Source: Neophaeotheca triangularis (Eukaryota). From it: a DNA stretch of 43,309 nt. The notes under the pieces are model-generated. The model was not told the DNA's origin and ran no database searches. It was given only the letters and a program-made list of their open reading frames with translations. Within the stretch, counting starts at the first letter, position 1. The number at the start of each line of letters is the position of its first letter. Shown piece by piece: positions 37,930-43,309 of this stretch. Location: assembly GCA_054600435.1 (NCBI GenBank), contig BAAIJX010000099.1, forward strand, positions 1-43,309, read 5' to 3'. The translations under genes were made by a program, and so were the position numbers.

Positions 37930-39486
37930 TCAATGCAGCTCCTCGTCAAAAGCCGAAGGCACCTCTCCCCTTGTTTCGGGAGCAAATGCAGCACCAGCAC
38001 CAGCATCACCATCACCATCACCACCGCCCTCGCCATCACTTCCACCACAAAGCCCCAACCCCCCCAACAAATCCTCAGCCAAAACATCAATCCCCCCAGT
38101 CGACTGATCCTCAATGCCAAAAGCAAGAAACACGACATCATCCGAAAACCCCGAATAGCTCTGCTCCCGACTCTTCCAACTCATGCTAGTGACATAAAAC
38201 ATGAGCGTCTGACCCTCGGGGACGGTCTGAGAGGGCAAACCCTCCGGCAAGCCCGCGGCATGCGTGCCATCGCGACCGTGAATCCAGAGCGGTTTCGTAG
38301 AAATGCCGCGGACGGCGAAAGGGGCGGAGCGCTGGAAGAGCATGACGCGCGGTTCGTAGACGCTGTGGAAGGCGTAGTATTTCTTGTGCTGGAAGATTGT
38401 CATGATGTAGGTGTTTGCGTCGGAGGGCTGGCAGGTGGGGTCGGAGCGTTTGCAGAGCGTGATGGAGAGGGAGTTTGTGGCTTGGTGGATTGTTTCCCAG
38501 TTGGTGGGTTGGTTGGGGCTTTTGGCCACGGCTGAGATGTCTGGCATGTATTTTTCGTAGCACTTTTGGTCATTGACGCGACTTGTGGGTGCGAGGTCGC
38601 TACCGGCGGACCCGTCGAGGGCGAGTTTCGCGAAGCTGCGCTGGGGGTAGATGTCGTAGTGTGCGTGGACTTGGTTTTGGGCGTCCCAGAACAGGAACCA
38701 ATTTTTCTGGACGGGGCGGTTGGGCTCTAGAGTCGACGCGCGTTGCAGCGGAGTCGCTTTGCCAAAGACGCCATGCTCGATGGCATCGTACATGACGGTT
38801 CCCCAGTCGATCAGGAGGCGGAAATCCTGCGTCCACATGCCTAGACAGAAATACGGCGATTGCGAGCCCCAGACGGCGTACGGAGCTCCAGGACCGTAGA
38901 AGACTCTAGCGTCGCGAGGACCTGCGTGCGGCGCGTGGGCGGCGTCTTCGCCGCTGCAGTGTTGACTGAAGGTCGGAGTCACGGGTAAGCTCATGGGCGG
39001 TTCGACACAGCGGAGCACGCCCTTTTCGAAGCGGGCATTGCAGGAGAGCTCTCGGTAGAAGACTGCTTTTCCGTTGCCATTGGCCATTTGTTGCGCGACG
39101 ACGATCCAGACGTCCGATCGTGTCGGGTGAGCGATAATGCTGGGGTTGAGGGCTCGGTAGTCACCCATTTCAATCAAAAAGTATTTCCTGTCCGATGTCG
39201 ATTGCGAGAAGATTTCGTGATGAGTATTCGAGACGGGATACGGTATTTTCTGGTTTTGTGAGACTGCTGCTGGGGTCTTGTCGATGCTTGCTTCCGGTAG
39301 AGATTGTTGGTCCTGCACGAACTTCTCTTCCTGCGCCTGCACCCGGTGCCAGTTTCGATCCCATGCTTGCTGGGCATAGGGGAGGCCCAGACTGAGAAAA
39401 TCGCCGCCGTACAGTAGAAGCAGCAGTAAGGTGGCGGAGACGATTCCCGCAATCATCAAAAACCGAGCGCGTCCTTTGGCCAACAT
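37930..39486 (-). CDS. Type II membrane protein with a putative five-bladed beta-propeller glycosyltransferase/phosphorylase-like domain (GT91/GH130-like), 518 aa
   Basis: Short basic N-tail plus TM (FLMIAGIVSATLLLLLLYGG), then a stem region. Motifs LNPSII, GPRDARVF and QKNWFLFWD resemble the NP.., GxEDxR and KNW motifs of beta-mannoside-active propellers. The CDS is solid; the family call is inference. Confidence 0.7.
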   Translation of the reverse strand: MLAKGRARFLMIAGIVSATLLLLLLYGGDFLSLGLPYAQQAWDRNWHRVQAQEEKFVQDQQSLPEASIDKTPAAVSQNQKIPYPVSNTHHEIFSQSTSDRKYFLIEMGDYRALNPSIIAHPTRSDVWIVVAQQMANGNGKAVFYRELSCNARFEKGVLRCVEPPMSLPVTPTFSQHCSGEDAAHAPHAGPRDARVFYGPGAPYAVWGSQSPYFCLGMWTQDFRLLIDWGTVMYDAIEHGVFGKATPLQRASTLEPNRPVQKNWFLFWDAQNQVHAHYDIYPQRSFAKLALDGSAGSDLAPTSRVNDQKCYEKYMPDISAVAKSPNQPTNWETIHQATNSLSITLCKRSDPTCQPSDANTYIMTIFQHKKYYAFHSVYEPRVMLFQRSAPFAVRGISTKPLWIHGRDGTHAAGLPEGLPSQTVPEGQTLMFYVTSMSWKSREQSYSGFSDDVVFLAFGIEDQSTGGIDVLAEDLLGGLGLCGGSDGEGGGDGDGDAGAGAAFAPETRGEVPSAFDEELH

Positions 39487-40485
39487 GGTTACGGTTGAAC
39501 AAGACGGGGCAAGAAGGCGGATGAGGAATATGGGCAGTAGTAGTGAGAGACTCGAGACTCCATAGTCCCACGGAAGCTGTCAACCAAGCACTACAAACAA
39601 GCACACAAGTTAGGGTAGACTTCACAATGGGAACCACTCAGACAACGCAGCCAGCAATGTCGTTGAGGTACCTACTACCAACCCTTGCCCGGCATACCTT
39701 AACTATTCCTCATCGACGAGCGGTGACATTTATCAACCATCGCCATCGACACACCCGAAATCAAGTCGTCCACGGCTCGCAAGAATGTAGTAGACCGTAG
39801 TAGCCAAGGCTAGTCCAACGAGCGGGGAACACCGGACACCCACCTCACCTCACCACCCTTCCCGAAAGACAAACAGACAATAATGCTTCTCCGCATCGGG
39901 CCCGCACCACGGGGCCAGTAAGGTAACTATTCATCGTACCTAGGTAGGACCGAAGTATTGATTGATTGACTACCCTATCCCCATGAAACAACTCGATCGA
40001 GCGGAAGAGGAGACGACGGACAAGAACCTCGGTTGACGGAACTAGTGGTGTGGGTGGCTTGGGTGGTAAGAATCACAATCACAATCACGTACACGTCAAG
40101 TCAAGGCGAGGCGAGTAGTTGCGGCACAGCATTGGCCCATTTTGAGAGTGGAAAGTTTAAATCCTCGATTCGTCTAGACCCACCCCTCTCCACACTTGTT
40201 CCGATCATTTCTTGACTTCCGTCCTGATCGTCCCTGAGCTGGGGGGAAGAGTTGGTCGCCCATGTTGTTTGTCGTCGTCTTGTAAGAGATGCAATCATCA
40301 TCACTGACACAAAGTTAGGTGTGGCTTCTCTCGCCCAGGCGAGTGGAGGCTAGTTTCAAAGTGCAGCGCGCGTTCATGGCAGTGAGAAGAAGGCAGGGAG
40401 CACGGTAGCGAAGCGGCAAAGGCCGATAAACATGTTCAAAAAGGTCTAGACACAAACGCAAAAAGACATTCCGATGCTCGACTGA

Positions 40486-42025
40486 CTAGGCGGCTATTTT
40501 GACCCGCCTGTTCTCAACCTCGTCGTCCCTGGTCTTACCGTACAACCACTGCGCAAAGCGTATACTCGGCTCGTCAATCAGCGCCGTAACCAACTCGGCC
40601 ATCCAAAAAGTCGCCGGCAGCAGAATCAATTGCGCGAGAACCCAGCTGAGCTCGAGACCAAAAGGCCCCCACTTCGGCAACGGGAACCGGTGAGACCAGC
40701 CCGGTACGACGAGGGCGTGGTCTTCCCTCGACCAGCCGACGGCCGCGTACACCCTGTCGCCGAGCGTCCAGAGCACGGGACCGTGAACGAGGTAAAAGGC
40801 AAAGGAGATGCGGCCGAGGTACTGGCAGAAGCCGCTTTCGAAGAAGCGCTTGAGTGGTGCGATGCGTGGGATGCTGGCTACGAGGCCCGTGGCCGCGAAG
40901 AAGAGGTAGAACCATTTGTATTCGAAAACGGCTTGGGGTTTGAGCAGGGAGAGGTAGTACCAGCCCGGTGAGTCGCGGAGGAGTTGGATGTCGTCGTTGG
41001 AAGGGACGCCGCCGAGGAAGAGGGACGCGGTGAAGAGGACGTAGTAGGGCCATGGGTGGCTGGGGTTGAGCTTATGGAGCCAGGCCGGGAGGTTTTTGTT
41101 TAGTGAGAGTTGATCTAGGTCGCTCAGTAGCATTCCTCCAACGAAGAGGGCGCAGAAGGCGCCGTCGACGATGTAGAGGAAATAGTAGATTAGCGCGCAG
41201 TAGCCGAGGAGACGGGCGTTACGGCTGCAGCGCGAGAACGCCATCAGCGAGGCGTAGATGGTAATTGAGCCTCGCATTTCCACCGGGATGGACCAGCTGC
41301 CGTACAGTCAGTTCAAGCGTTCTTGGAAAAGCTCCAGCGGGTTTGGGTCTGGTTCGGGTAGAGCCTTACCAATGATCATTGTAAGTGAAAAAAAATGTAC
41401 TCGTATCCCAGAAGAAGCTGAAGTTCTTGATCTCCGTATACCATCTCCAAAGCTCGCTCCCAATCGTCCGCTGCGGCGCAAACTTGCAAAAGATGCCAAA
41501 GACATGCCACAACGAGATATTGAACAGCGTAGTGGCTATAATCGGCAGCCACAGACGAAACCACCTCCTGAACAGTGCGGAAGCAACGTTATCCCCAAAC
41601 CCAACGTAATCCCCACTCTGCAGCAAAGCAATGGGTTTAGTCGAAAGCACGTAGCCGGAAATGACGAAGAAAGTCGAGACGGCAACGTGGCCGCCGACGA
41701 AGAAGGTGCGCACAAAGGGGAAGGTGACGAAGTAGTAGCGGTCTTCGTAGCCCCATGCGCGTTCCATGTTGAAAGGGTTGGGGTGCGCCCACAGCTCGTG
41801 GTGCATGAAGTAGACGAGCAGGGCGGCGAACCCGCGCAGCCCATCTAGGTATGCGGTGCGACGCAGTTTGCTCTTGCGGCTCCATGCTGTGCTCATGAAG
41901 GAAGGCCGGCCTTTGGAGACGGCCCATAGGGCGTAGTCTTTTGCGCGCGATGCTGGGGATGGGGCATCGTTGTCGCCTTGGTCGAGATAGCCCTTTTCAA
42001 GACTCCCGTCCTCTTTGTCGTCCAT
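40486..42025 (-). CDS. Acyltransferase-3 family multi-pass O-acyltransferase (488 aa); exons 42025-41370, 41296-40486
   Basis: AYLDGLRGFAALLVYFMH, VSTFFVISGYVL, RRWFRLWLP, HC|WSIPVEMRGS, LGRISFAFYLVHGP, IDEPS. Canonical intron gtaagg..ctgac..cag. Confidence 0.92.
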
Positions 42026-43242
42026 GGTGTATGTACTTGGGGTATTGGTGACCACTGGGTGGACGCAGAAGGTGAAAGAGGGTGTGAAGAGCGTCTCAAA
42101 AGATGGAAGGATCACTGTTGGTCGGAAGACTTCACGATCTCCCCGACTATGGAAAGAGGTATCCTATAACGAGGTGACAAGGCGGAAATGCCAACCGTAC
42201 GTCTGAAGATCATCAAAGCATGGGTATGCAGTCCCCCACAGCCAACTTACTGATCAACCATGGCAGAGTCTTGTTGTGCAGAGAAAGGTCCAGCCCAACG
42301 GCCAACGCAATCGAGATCCAAATTCCATCCAAGAAATGTGTCGAGAGCCACGATGGCCGGAACTCTATCGAGGAGCCGGAAATGTTAGGAGAATCGATAA
42401 TAGGAACAGGCGTCCAGGCGTGCGCCGCAATACCAGGAACGCGGGGCGAGGTATTGGAATTGGCAACGCCGCCCGAGGCGAAGAGGTCCTTGGTCAAACG
42501 CCTACCGCTTATTAGTTACGGGGGGATTAGTGATTGACAAAAGACGCAGTATAATAACAAAAATCGACTAGAAGAAGCCGAGGCGTGAGAGCTCCAAAAG
42601 CCATATGACGAGGTTGAATGGTTCGTGGAGTGCAGGTGTTCAGATAGGCCTCGGTACTGTAGCGTCGCTGAGGGTCCCCCGCGCGAAGTGAAAGTCAAGT
42701 CCAACTCCAGAAAGCCAAATTTGCGGCTTGATTTCCTCTTGTAGCCAGTATTGGCCAATTGCAAATCCGTTACCCTGGAAGCGGCGACTTTGGTGTCCTC
42801 TAGTTCTAGTGCTTGTCTTGCTGTAGCCGGTAAGGTAGGTGATAAGTAGTTAGGTAGCCTGTCAGGCACAGGAGTTCGTGCCCCGGACCCCGCATATGAT
42901 ATATCGAACTATTGAGGTACACGGGGCGCGATCTTTTCTTGCCCTGGATAGTGCGTGTGCAAATCAGTACGTTGGTAAATACGCCCGTTTAGCAGCATTC
43001 CGAGGCAGATACCGACCGCGTCGGTCCTTGGGCAACTCGTCACATCGCCCATCCCCTCTCCTCAAGATCAATCCCTCGGTGGTGGCGGCGGCGGCGGCAG
43101 CAGCGGTACCTCTACCACAACAGCGGCAGGCGCCAAAAACCAAAAGTTGGAATCTCCAGCCGGTCGGCCCCCTCCAACGTTGCATCCATGTGTCATTCAT
43201 CATTGGTGCAAGGCAAGCAGAGTTGGAGCCAATGTAATTGCA

Positions 43243-43286
<44 letters not shown>

Positions 43287-43309
43287 CGGGGGCGGGGGGG
43301 GCGGCCGGC
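43243..43309 (+). repeat. Poly-G tract (G44, then G-rich) at the window end
   Basis: Directly visible; may be a contig-end or sequencing artefact. Confidence 0.8.

Overview
Eukaryotic (filamentous ascomycete) genomic DNA: short GT-AG introns with CTRAY branch sites and a RIP-type AT-rich block. Dothideomycete affinity is my inference. Bases 1-3276 are a RIP-degenerated repeat with an hAT-like terminus. The rest is gene-dense: GH47 ER alpha-1,2-mannosidase (-), a small 3-exon membrane protein (+), a 927-codon orphan gene broken by one in-frame TAG (-), NXT1-like NTF2 protein (-) head-to-head with RPL38 (+), a metallo-beta-lactamase-fold pseudogene (-), a 9-exon 2249-aa secreted PAN/apple + CBM-like protein (+), a Ser/Pro-rich protein (-), a Gfo/Idh/MocA oxidoreductase (-), SERCA-type Ca2+-ATPase (+), an F-box-like gene plus a possible decayed paralog (-), mitochondrial MetRS (+), a beta-propeller glycosyltransferase-like protein (-) and an acyltransferase-3 (-). 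The window ends in a poly-G tract. The most unexplained element is a ~340-nt non-coding segment (7373-7712) with five nested helices that looks like a structured RNA I cannot assign to a known family. Exon boundaries were derived by hand and family names come from motif recognition; no searches were run.
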